From: Octopus sinensis
Taxonomy: Eukaryota
Reading direction: 5' to 3'
NCBI RefSeq assembly: GCF_006345805.1
Contig: NC_043008.1
Coordinates: forward strand, 14,260,001 to 14,324,000
DNA length: 64,000 nucleotides
The notes beneath the pieces were generated by a model. That model was not told the origin of the DNA, searched no databases, and saw nothing but the letters and a program-made list of their open reading frames with translations. Every line of letters starts with the position of its first letter. Position 1 is the stretch's first letter. This document shows, piece after piece, positions 53,101 through 64,000 of this stretch. The position numbers were made by a program, and so were the translations under genes.

Positions 53101-53410
53101 CAGTCTTTGGAAGGAAGCGATATGAAACAAGGTGTCTATTCTTTCTAATATCGGTTATTTCTTTCACATTTAATATGCAGTTTTATATATCTACACTTAT
53201 ATTCTATTTACAGTGTGTCATTTTACCCCTGAAGTTGTCTATGATTTGCCAGAACGATTTCATCTGTTTTGTTTGAAGTGATTTATTACAAAATATAAAG
53301 TACGTAAATTCAATAATAAATATATGGAAATGCTCTTCATCTACAGATTGGAGTGGTTCTGTTTCACTTTTGTTTATTATATCATCTATTTATTTGTCTA
53401 TTTTTATTTA

Positions 53411-53443
<33 letters not shown>

Positions 53444-53691
53444 TCACCCTTTTCTCTATCGCTCAATCCAATACCATCGCTATCTCCATCACCAACACCA
53501 ACGCCACCTTCACCACCGTCGATATACATTTTCAAACGTCCTTGGTTTTATTACTGGAAAACCACTTATGGCAGTTTCATACTTTTCAGATATTTTTGTG
53601 AAGTAAATTTCTTCATATGAGTCTGTATGCATATGTGTCTGTGTATGGGGGTGTTTGTGTGCATGTATGTGTGCAAGCATATGTGTATGTA

Positions 53692-53770
<79 letters not shown>

Positions 53771-54794
53771 ATATATATATATAATATATATATATATATA
53801 TTTGTATATATATATACATATATATATATATCTTTATATGTATGTACTTTCATATATATATATATATCTATATACACATACATACTTGTATATATATATA
53901 TATATATGTACGCACTTTCATATATATATATATGTATATATACATACATACTTGTGTGTATATATATATATATATGTATGTATAAATATATGTGTGTATA
54001 TACGTACACAGAGACGTGTGAGACATAAACACGAATACTGACTCATATATACGTTCGTATGTACATATGTATATATGTATGTATAAATATGCGTTTATGT
54101 ATTTATTTGCATACATACACACATATATATATATATGTGTGTGTATGTGTATGCGGTGTATATGTATTTATGCGCCTATGTATATATGTGTGTATTTATC
54201 TATGTACGTAGGTACGCATTTGTGCACGCGTGCGCATGCATGTACGTCTGGGAGCGCGTACATTCATATATGCATGTGCGTATCTATGTAAGTGCGTAAG
54301 TATGTCTGTATATACCTATACGTACGTATTCTTATCTGCTAATATATCAGTGAAATATCTACATAATGTTGAAACGTAGTAAAGATGGGCAAATTCCCAG
54401 TAGTCATGTCATGAAAACCCTGCAGTATTCATTACATACAAAGTAGTTTAACATGAATTATATTAAGAATGAATGGTTTCTGAGTTCTGCCTTTGAGCGA
54501 AATATATTTTCACCACGACTTGTAACAAACGCCCGCAACAACCAGCATCACCAACGCTATCAACACCGCAACCATCATCACCGCCGCCGCCACATATACT
54601 GTAATTACTACCTCTCGCCTTGTCTTCTTTACCAAAGCCATCACCATTTGCTAATGAGGAATCGTTGCTGGCCTGTTAAAAATGACAGTCAAACCAACAT
54701 TGAATTATACAGTGCTTACCTTCTTAGAGACGAAGTCTTTAGGTCATGTTGTCTCGGCGTTCCTGGGAACAGGGGAACGGATTTCATTGGTCAA

Positions 54795-55213
54795 GGCGGC
54801 GAGCTGGTAGAAATGTTAGCACGTCGGGCGAAATGCTTAGCGGTATTTCGTCTACCGTTACGTTCTGAGTTCAAATTCCGCCGAGGTCGACTTTGCCTTT
54901 CATCCTTTCGGGGTCGATAAATTAAGTACCAGTCAAGCACTAGGGTCGATGTAATCGACTTAATACCTATGTCTGTCCTTGTTTGTCCCCCCCCCTGTGT
55001 TTAGCCCCTTGTGGGTAGTAAAGAAATAGGTATTTTGTCTGTTTTTACGTTCTGGGTTCAAATAACTCCGAGGTCGACTTTGCCTTTCATCCTTTCGGGG
55101 TCGATTAAATAAGTACCAGTTACGCACTGGAGTCGATGTAATCGACTTAATCCGTTTGTCTGCCCTTGTTTGTCCCCTCTATCATTTTCCCCTTGTTGGC
55201 AATAAAGAAATAA
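54795..55213 (+). mobile_element. Tandem SINE-A copies (full plus 5'-truncated); a further 3' tip at 55370-55440
   Basis: Repeated GAGGTCGACTTTGCCTTTCATCCTTTCGGGG and AAAGAAATA ends. Confidence 0.9.
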
Positions 55214-55517
55214 GATTCGCATGATTTGACCACAGGCCTGCTATATCAGGGGTTCATCTGAACGACAATTACTACTACTACTTCTGCTGCCGCTGCTGCT
55301 GTTCCCACAGCAGTCATTAAGCCATTATGGAAGCCGCTGTACGGTCATTCAACTTGATAGAAATAGGAGCTTAATCCGTTTGTCTGTCCTTCTTTGTCCC
55401 CTCTGTGTGTAGCCCCTTGTGGGCAGTAAAGAAATAAGTAATAGGAGCTTGATTTCTTTTAAATCACAAAAACTAATAATCTTTTAAAATATGGGACACA
55501 GTGAACAACGTGTCCCA

Positions 55518-55909
55518 TCTTTATATATAAAAGTAAGGTTGTGTGTCTGTCTACTCCGATTTAGATTCCTAACTACTCCCACATTTTGCTGTGCAGTTTA
55601 ACCAAAACCGGGTATCTTATAGTCGTGATTCATATCGAGCCCTTCTGGGTATAAGCGTGCGTCTACGATGAGTCTACGATTTTTAAAATAATTTACCATC
55701 ATTTTTTTCCATTTTAATGCATTTTTTTTTAATATAAGGGAAATAACTCTCTAAAAGTGACTACGAAGAGTCAACGATTAAAAAAAGATTACCATCATAT
55801 TTTTTCCATTTTTAATGCATTTTTTTGCTAATTTTTGGCTATAACTCTCTAAAAATGCTTTATAGTTATTTCCCTTACAAACCCGAGCAACGCCGGGCGA
55901 TACTGCTAG
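55518..55909 (+). mobile_element. Non-autonomous Helitron, 392 bp
   Basis: 5' TC after A (55517); 3' hairpin CCCGAGCAACGCCGGG then CTAG (55906-09) followed by T; no TSD; internal diverged tandem duplication. Confidence 0.82.
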
Positions 55910-56649
55910 TATTTTAATAAAAGAGTGAATTAATGGAGATAGACTCATGCACATTTTTTTCCCTTCGTCTCCGATATTTCATCATTCTCATTCGCTTTTG
56001 GTCATCAGTTTCGGCTTTTCATCTTCGTTTCTCTTTCCTTCCATCACATTCCTCTCTCTTTCTATAGAAGCTCTTTCTTCCTTTATGTCCTTCTTCCTTT
56101 CTTCCTTTATTTTATTATTCCCCTCCCCTTCCTACTCCTCCTGCTTTTTGCCAATAAAACCTGACAGTCGTATTCATTCTGTTTCTTAACCTCCTTCTTC
56201 TCTATTCTCTTATCAATCATCTTGTTTTCTAGACTCGTTCTTACATCGTTCACTGACTTCTCAATCTATTGATACGGCAGCTGACGATGACGATGATGAT
56301 GATGATGATGATAATGACGATGATGATGATGATAATGATGATAAGGAAGATGAGGAGGGGGAGGAGAAGGAGGAGGAAGGTGACGGCTACGACGACGATG
56401 ATGATGATGATTATGTATACCCACAGATAAGTATAAATGCGCTCCTAAATGCGCATGCATGCGTACGCACATTCAGTGGTCCTCAGGTGGGGTTCATATA
56501 TTATTAGATTAGTATTTTGGATATAACTTACTATATGTTCTCCAGAAAATAAGGTTGTCCTGAAATTGAAGCATGGTCCTATTGGTAAAATCCCAAATTT
56601 GTAAAAATATACGTATATATATATATATTATATATATATATATATATAC

Positions 56650-56828
56650 TTTATTTAAAAGCAGCAGAAAATTCAACAAAACCTGTTACTCTGAGTTTCA
56701 CGTTTCCGTTCGTCGGACGGAGTAACAGGTTTTGTTGAATTTTCTGCTGCTTTTAAATAAAGCATATTACTCTACCCCTGGTATTTGAGTACTCTTTTTT
56801 CCACCTTGTTTTACATTTATGTGTTAAT
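56650..56828. mobile_element. PLE-II terminal unit with internal inversion and HHR
   Basis: ~41 bp inverted arms TTATTTAAAAGCAGCAG...GTTACTC; minus-strand CCGACGA ACG GAAA CGT GAA ACTCAGAGT A ACAG at 56683-56716; homologous to 31815-31960. Confidence 0.8.
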
Positions 56829-57324
56829 TCCATATATATATATATACGTGTGTGTGTGTATGTGTGTCTTGCGCTAAGCATTTTATTTTACATATGTAAC
56901 TTTGCAACAAATAACATTTTAAGGTGAGGAATGCTTATGAACACACTCTGTGAGTGTGTTGTTGTAATTTTAACTACCTCAACACACTCTTAGGGCTTAT
57001 TAAGTATATCTGACGCGATCATAAAATTTAGCGTAAATCCTTACAGAAATTTTACTGTATAGAAATTTGGCGATGATAGTTTAACAAGCATTCATCTAGA
57101 TTAACGGAACCTTTCACTACCTCACTGGATCTGGCATAATGTTTCATATTGGTTTATTAGCATTAAATATAGGTATCACGAGATAGTAGCCTAGCTGGCT
57201 CCAAATATCTCGCATAATCATATTCTGCCGTCTCAAAACATCTTTGCCGATGTAAATCGTGACGAGATGGTCGCTGGTGGAACACTTTTAGTCATAGGTA
57301 TATTCGATTAGAGTGAATTTTGGG

Positions 57325-57850
57325 TACAAGGCCAGAAATTTAAGGGGAATGGGTAAGGCGATTGCATTGGCTCTTGTTTTATAGACCCCGAAAGTATGAA
57401 AGGCATAGTCGAACTCAGCAGAAATTGAACTCAGAACGTAAAGACGCATGAAATGCCGCTAAACACTTTTGTATAGCTATACAGTGCTATACAAAAATGT
57501 ATTTATTAATCCTTCAGGTAAATGTTAAATTCGTTTTATTATAAAGTGAGACAAAAACACAACGAGCTGACAGAGTAGTTACCGCGACGTTCAAAATGCT
57601 AAGCCACATTAGGCCCGGTGTTCAAATCGTATCGAGGTCTATTTTTGCCTTTTTTTTTATACTTTTGGGATGGAAGGAATAAGTACCAGCAATTTAAGGG
57701 GAATGGGTAAGTCGATTGCATTGGGTCTTGTTTTATAGACCCCCAAAGGATGAAAGTCAAAGTCGACCTAGTCTGAATTTGAACTCAACACGTAAAGACG
57801 CATGAAATGTCGCTAAACATTTTTCCCGCTATGCTAACTATTTTGCCTGG
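57325..57850 (-). mobile_element. Two degenerate SINE-A-related copies, local duplication
   Basis: 57345-57470 and 57690-57825 share the same internal deletion and AATTTAAGGGGAATGGGTAAG. Confidence 0.65.
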
Positions 57851-58044
57851 TTACCGCCTCGATTAGACCTAATATTGCTTAAGACAATAATGGAATTTAG
57901 AGACCATATGGTCTACACAGTTATGCACAAATAATCCGATAAATCAAATCAATTAAAGTAAAGAGGTTTTTTGCCATTTTAAAGAGGCTTTTAACATGGG
58001 GATTTTCCTCTCATACAAGTGTATTCTAATTAAAGAATAAAATA

Positions 58045-58450
58045 TATGTGTGGTAAGAAACTTGCTCGCCAACCCACTTCCTGGCACCTTCTACTTTAGT
58101 CTCGGATTCAACAAAGTCTTGTGGGTGGGTTTTATTGATGGAAACACAAAGAATCCCGTCCTGTGTGAGTGTGTGTGGGAATGTATGTTGGTGTGTGCAT
58201 CTGTGCGGTTGTGTGTGTGTTTGTGTGTACGCGTGTGTGTATATCTCTGTGCCTGTATTTGGCCCCCTTGCACCGCTTGATAACGAGTGTTGGTTTGTTT
58301 ATGTCCCTGTAACGTAGCGGTTCCACAGAAGAGACCGAAAGAGTAAGTGCCTGGCTAAAAAATGTAAGTGCTGGTGTCGATCCATTCGACTAAAAATTCT
58401 TCAGGACGCTGCCCCAGAATGGCAGGTTAATAACTGACAGAAGTAAAAGA
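58045..58450 (+). mobile_element. SINE-B, diverged
   Basis: GTGTGGTAAGAAACTTGC head; GACGCTGCCCCAGAATGGC tail. Confidence 0.7.
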
Positions 58451-58635
58451 AAAAAAATTCTGCCGAGTAAAATTATATTCAGAGATGCTCGAGACAAAAC
58501 CAAACAGGTTTTGCATTGACTGAAGCTTTCACGGTAGAAATACAGTCTCATCTATAATACAGTCGTAGCAGATACCTTTACAAAAGCAACCAGGAACATT
58601 TTGAATTTTACTTAAATGACTGCTGTGCTTGGGGT

Positions 58636-58719
58636 GAGTCATTCTCTTTTAGTGCCTTATAATTGAACACACTCACCGGTGAGTGTGTTAAATTATAAGA
58701 CACTAAAAGAGAATGACTC
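58636..58719. repeat. 84 bp loopless palindrome, 2 mismatches
   Basis: GAGTCATTCTCTTTTAGTGCCTTATAATTGAACACACTCACC / GGTGAGTGTGTTAAATTATAAGACACTAAAAGAGAATGACTC. Confidence 0.95.
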
Positions 58720-59789
58720 TCCTCAGACACAAAAGAATATGCTTCAACACACGAACTCACATAAAGAATCTTGAAAATCAAATCCAAAAACCAAATTATT
58801 TAATGACGTTTCATAAAAACAACCTAGTTTTCATTTAAAAAGGCAAGGCATAATATACATTTTATATTTGTAATCCAAAACAAGTTTGAATTCCCCTATA
58901 AATATCAATAATTTTTATTGATTAAACTCCTTTATTTTATATATGTTTTTCATTTTCATTTTTGTTTTTATATTTATTTGCAATAATGCTTCCCTTTCGC
59001 TCAATGCATTTTATGAGTGAGAAGCGTCGTAGATTTAATCTACAAAGATTTTTCTTTGTTTAATTGTTTCGTTATTTTTGCTGTTGATGTTGTTGTTGTT
59101 TGATTTCATAAAAGACTAATCTAGAATAATCAAGAAATTGGAAATATTGAAATAAGTTATATATTGCTCATTTGCTTATATTTGAATATATCGTTTTATT
59201 ATTTTTTTTATTCTGTCCTCGTAACGATGTTTTTGCTTCCATCACCTTTTATTTGAACATTACGTAACAGCGAGGATGGTAGCTGGATTTCTTGTAGTAA
59301 AGCACCAGACTAAACAATTTACAATAAATGGTAAGCATCAGTATGGAACTAACCATTTAATACTACATTCTGAGTTCCATATCCACAGCTTCAAGAAGAA
59401 ATCAGATAACAGTCATCTGAAGGATGTGCTTATATTGCATACGACACTCGCCTGCGTATACAGAGCGTTGCTTCACTACAAACATCCATTATCGTAGTGG
59501 CAGTGTGAATGAAAGAATTTGTCGAGAAAGAAAAGCAATTTGGCCTGATTGCAAATCAATAGGTACCACTTACCTGGACGTTTGTAATACTTCATAGAAT
59601 AAATAACGGAGAACAAGGTTAAATGTTTTACAATATTCTGTTAAATTTCTTACTCAAAGTCTAGTTGGTTTGATCTTTCTTTCCGCTTCTATATCACTAA
59701 AGTGTATATGATGGCGGCTAACAAGCTTGCAGAAACGTTAGTGTGCTTGGAGAAATGCTTAGCAGTATTTCGTCTGACTTTATGTAATA

Positions 59790-60122
59790 GGTATAGGAGT
59801 GGCTGTGTGGTGAGTAACTTGCTTACGAACCACATGGTTCCGGGTTCAATCCCATTGCGTGGTGCCTCGAGCAAGTGTCGTCTACTGCAGCCTCGGGCCG
59901 ACCAAAGCCTTGTGAGTGGATTTGGTAGACGGAACCTGAAAGAAGCCCGTCGTATATATGTATATATACATGTATGTACGTGTGCGTATATATATATACA
60001 TGTGTGTGTGTGTGCGTGTGTGTACGTTTGTGTATCCATGTTTGTCCCCCACCATTGCTTGACAACCGATGCTGGTGTGTTTACGTCCCCGTAACTTAGC
60101 GGTTCGGCAAAAGTGACCGATA

Positions 60123-60125
<3 letters not shown>
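59790..60125 (+). mobile_element. SINE-B, 3'-truncated at (TA)n, preceded by a SINE-A head (59705-59785)
   Basis: Head and body match 25005; stops at GATAGAAT. Confidence 0.88.
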
Positions 60126-60178
<53 letters not shown>

Positions 60179-60315
60179 TATATATAGCTCATGTGTCTGC
60201 ATGTTTTTATTGCCGTCCGTTACATATATATATATATATATATATATATAAGAATTTTTTCGTAATGAGATAAAAAAAACCAAGGCTGTGTAGATATTAA
60301 AACATTTTTAGATAG

Positions 60316-60367
60316 GTCTTACAGCTGTTTCCAGGATATTTATTAATTATATCCCTGCATCGGAGAC
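60316..60367 (-). ncRNA. Degenerate type I hammerhead motif in a TA-flanked ~185 bp insert
   Basis: GTCT CCGATG CAGGGATAT-loop-ATATCCTG GAA ACAGCTGT A AGAC: stem I 4 bp, palindromic stem III, core missing A9. Confidence 0.55.
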
Positions 60368-61479
60368 GGTGTGAGAGGATGGTTCAGTCATAGTTAGTTT
60401 AGATGTGATACAAAGTAGAGAGTGAGGTGGAGGATATATATATATATGCCTGTTTTGAGCCGGAATTCTGTCGAGACCGACTTTGCTTTTCATCATTTGC
60501 ATTTCAATTAGAAAAGCATCAGGTATGAATTGTGAATCAATAATTTTGTGGTTTTGCGATGTTTTGGGTACGCGTAGTATTACTGAGGACGAGATCATAT
60601 GACATATACCACAAAATAAGAGTTAAATTTCGGATTAGTTGAATCTGCGAAATCAAAGAAAGAGGTTACGCTTGTGGCCTTTGTAACCCCTCTAATACAT
60701 TTGATTGATGCGGCTAGCGTTACCCTTGCACTATTGCAAGTCTACAACAGCAGTAGAAGTTTGAAATGTGGGAGAATTCAGCTGTTTGATGTATCGGCGC
60801 TGTCAGATATATTTTTGTCCTTTCATTTTTAAATGTGACAAAGGGATGAACTTGTACATTAATTATATTTTCTTTATTCTAGTCGGTTGACTGCTGTGGT
60901 TAATAAAGGCATTATCAATTGCCACAAAACCAGTATCTGATGACATCATTAGTTAATACTAACAAAGCTATTGGGAAGACCAACTCTAACTTCTAACACA
61001 TAAACTGTCCACATTAATAGAGGAATTACGATAATTATCATCAAACAATATATTCACCATAAATTATCATTAGCGCCTAATCTACGTCCATCTTTACTGG
61101 GCGTTTATCCAGAACCTGTGCATTAAAAGATTAGTTTGGTTCTAAAGTATCAATCAGGATTTTCTTTCATTTAATCACAAATTAAGAAAAACAACAACGG
61201 AAATTTTAGCTCAACGATGTGAGATACAAATCAAGCTCATTTAAATTAGGGGTCGATAATAAGTATTACCATTGGTGAGTTGTGATTTTTCTCTAGTTTA
61301 CATTCTTATTTCAAATCCTAACGTGGCCTACATCCGAGGTAGGTTCACCCTGTCAACTGTTTTAATATAAGCTCTTGGGCCTTGGGTACATTTAAAAGTT
61401 TCCTGTCACAAACTTTCGGTCAGAGTCTTCCTTTATACGTTATCAAAGTAAATCTCTTTTAAATATTGGTTCCAAATTC

Positions 61480-61625
61480 TGGCACAAGGCCAGTAAGTAT
61501 GGAGGGGTGTTAAGTCGATTACATCAACCCTTCCCCTACAGAGTTCGACTTGTATTTATTTCATCGACTCCGAAAGGAGGAACGGTAAAGTTGACTCCGG
61601 TGGCATTTGAATACAGAATGTAAAA
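61480..61625 (-). mobile_element. Degenerate SINE-A-related copy
   Basis: GGCACAAGGCCAG..AAGTCGATTACATC..CGAAAGGAGGAA..ATTTGAATACAGAA. Confidence 0.55.
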
Positions 61626-61884
61626 TCAACAAAAGTGATATATTAGCAGGTATTAAGTGACAATCTGAAGAAAGCTAAGGATTTGGAGCTAAAAGGAGAT
61701 GTTAATAGGTAGTTTACAGATACACAGTGTAAGCGGAAAAGTTAAATTATGCAAAACTTGTCTAAAGTTCAGTTTGTAACACTTAATGTTGTATTCCATA
61801 TTCCAACAAAAGGAACTTTGTTTCTTTGTAAAAAACCAGTTCCTTCCTTCTAGAGTGAATACTAATAAAAGGAAGTTCTTACAT

Positions 61885-61890
61885 GAATGC

Positions 61891-61927
<37 letters not shown>

Positions 61928-61938
61928 TAAATATATAC

Positions 61939-61971
<33 letters not shown>

Positions 61972-62205
61972 CATATATATTTATATATATATATACATAT
62001 ATGCATATATATACATATATACATATATATATATACATATACATATATATTTACATATATATATACATATATGCATATATATACATATATACATATATAT
62101 ATATGCATATATATATATATACATATATATACTTATATATAAATACATATATATAGATATATATATACATATATATATACTATATATATACATATATATA
62201 CATAC

Positions 62206-62242
<37 letters not shown>

Positions 62243-62262
62243 TATAATACATATATATATAC

Positions 62263-62298
<36 letters not shown>

Positions 62299-63071
62299 TG
62301 TGCGTATGTGTGTGAGTGAGTGCACATTTGTCCACAATTGTAGCAACGAAAAATATTTTCTTTAGCGCCACCACAAGTTACAGAAAGATGTGAAATCAAT
62401 TTATAAAATTGAATTTTTTTAATTTTTTTTTACTATCGCTACAAAGTGTTCTCGTTTTCAGTACTAAGTAGAAAATTTATGCTTTTCTCTCGTTCTTGCA
62501 TAAATAATATTTTCTTTAAAAAAAAAATATTCAAGCTTTTATGCCGGCACGAAATTTTTAAGAATCTTTACACTTAGAAATAGTGTCATACTAATGAAAA
62601 ATATATGAAGTAAATTTCAAAACGGTACTCTATTCACCTCACATACGGAGTTACTATATTTATCTCTGAATAATGATATAGAAATACCATATATGTATAT
62701 GCATATATGTATGTGGGTGTGTGTAAATATATATGCACACATAAATGTATATATACACATATATATATGTACGCATACATGCATGCACATATGTATGTAT
62801 ACACATATATGTATATATATGCATATGTATATATATATATACATATATGTGTATATATATGTATAGATATATATATATATGTATATATATATGTATGTAT
62901 ATATATGTATATATATATGTATATGTATATATATATGTATATGTGTATATATATATATGTATATGTATATGTATGTATATGTATATATATATGTATATGT
63001 ATATGTATATATATATATGTATATATATATTATATATATGTATATATATATGTATATATATATATATGTAT

Positions 63072-63123
<52 letters not shown>

Positions 63124-63125
63124 TC

Positions 63126-63175
<50 letters not shown>

Positions 63176-63320
63176 TGTATATATATATATATACAACATA
63201 TATACATACGCACACGCACATACACACATACTCTCATATGTATATATGTACATACATACGTACATACACAGACACACACACACATGCAAACACACACAAA
63301 CATACACACACACACGCATA
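61885..63320. repeat. Two large (TA)n/(TATATG)n compound microsatellite blocks
   Basis: Directly visible; source of the YI-repeat ORFs. Confidence 0.95.
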
Positions 63321-63502
63321 CGTATATTTATTCTTGATCAGACATACATGGTGTCTAATACTAAAAAGTAAATGATGAAGTCGGTCGGCATTTCTCTGAC
63401 TCTCTGCGCTTTCAGTTCAAATCACAACGGAATTAGCTTCACGTTTTAATCTTTCAAGTTACACAAAACAATTTTCCATTCCATGGTTTAAGGATTGGCG
63501 AA

Positions 63503-63612
63503 ATCGTTAAAGTATGCGAGATCGTTAAAGTATGCGAGATCGTTAAAGTATGCGAGATCGTTAAAGTATGCGAGATCGTTAAAGTATGCGAGATCGTTAA
63601 AGTATGCGAGAT
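63503..63612 (+). repeat. 18 bp minisatellite, six perfect copies
   Basis: (ATCGTTAAAGTATGCGAG)x6 plus AT. Confidence 0.97.
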
Positions 63613-64000
63613 TTTTCTGTGGGTTGATGATATTCTTAATCAACCGCACTCTTTAAGCCCATCACCACGCTTGCCCTTGCATGCATTCATTCCAGGTCAC
63701 CCTCTCACCTTTCTCAGCGGCCCGAGAATAAGTATTGGGCCGTGGGTGCTACCTCTCTCTTCCTACCATAATGGTAAGAGAATAAGTAATAGACATTTTA
63801 ATTTTGGTGGAGCATGACTAAAATTTCATCAAACGATTCAAACATAATATTTTTGCCTCACATCACATTTCTAAATTCTAATGCATATCAACGGAATAAA
63901 TACAAAAACATTGTTGGGATTATAAAGGGGTCATTTTCTCTTTACCACTCTGTAATACGAACGCAGGAACTGTAGAAGTTGGACATTTTACTCCTCAAAG

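Noticed and set aside
63503-63612. Tandem array as a possible CRISPR
   Set aside because: No spacers, no cas genes, eukaryotic context

Overview
AT-rich, microsatellite-saturated eukaryotic DNA. The repeat families (tRNA-derived SINEs ending in ...GTAAAAGAGT and ...AAAGAAATAGG, dense (TA)n/(GATA)n/(AAT)n) look like those of octopus genomes; this is recognition from memory, not a database result. I find no host protein-coding gene I can support, and nearly all ORFs in the track are microsatellite read-throughs. Protein-coding signal is confined to mobile-element remnants: a 3.3 kb Neptune-type Penelope-like element (PLE; RT plus GIY-YIG, 41.5-44.8 kb, minus), a decayed second PLE (10.9-11.75 kb), a mariner transposase (9.4-10.4 kb), Tx1/L1-like LINE pieces (38.7 kb, 51.5-53.1 kb) and two CR1-like 3' ends (21.9-22.6 kb). 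Non-coding elements include a solo LTR, a non-autonomous Helitron, more than 25 SINE copies and several foldbacks. The most interesting layer is hidden RNA structure: about 16 hammerhead-ribozyme (HHR)-like motifs in at least four sequence families. One family is tied to the PLE and has an atypical CUGUNGA-A core. A ~470 bp tandem unit carries HHRs on both strands. Two SINE families share 3' tails with LINEs in the same window, one with a Tx1/L1-type partner. Coordinates were counted by hand; element ends without TSDs are approximate (tens of bp). SINE-A/B/C/D and PLE-I/II are my local labels.
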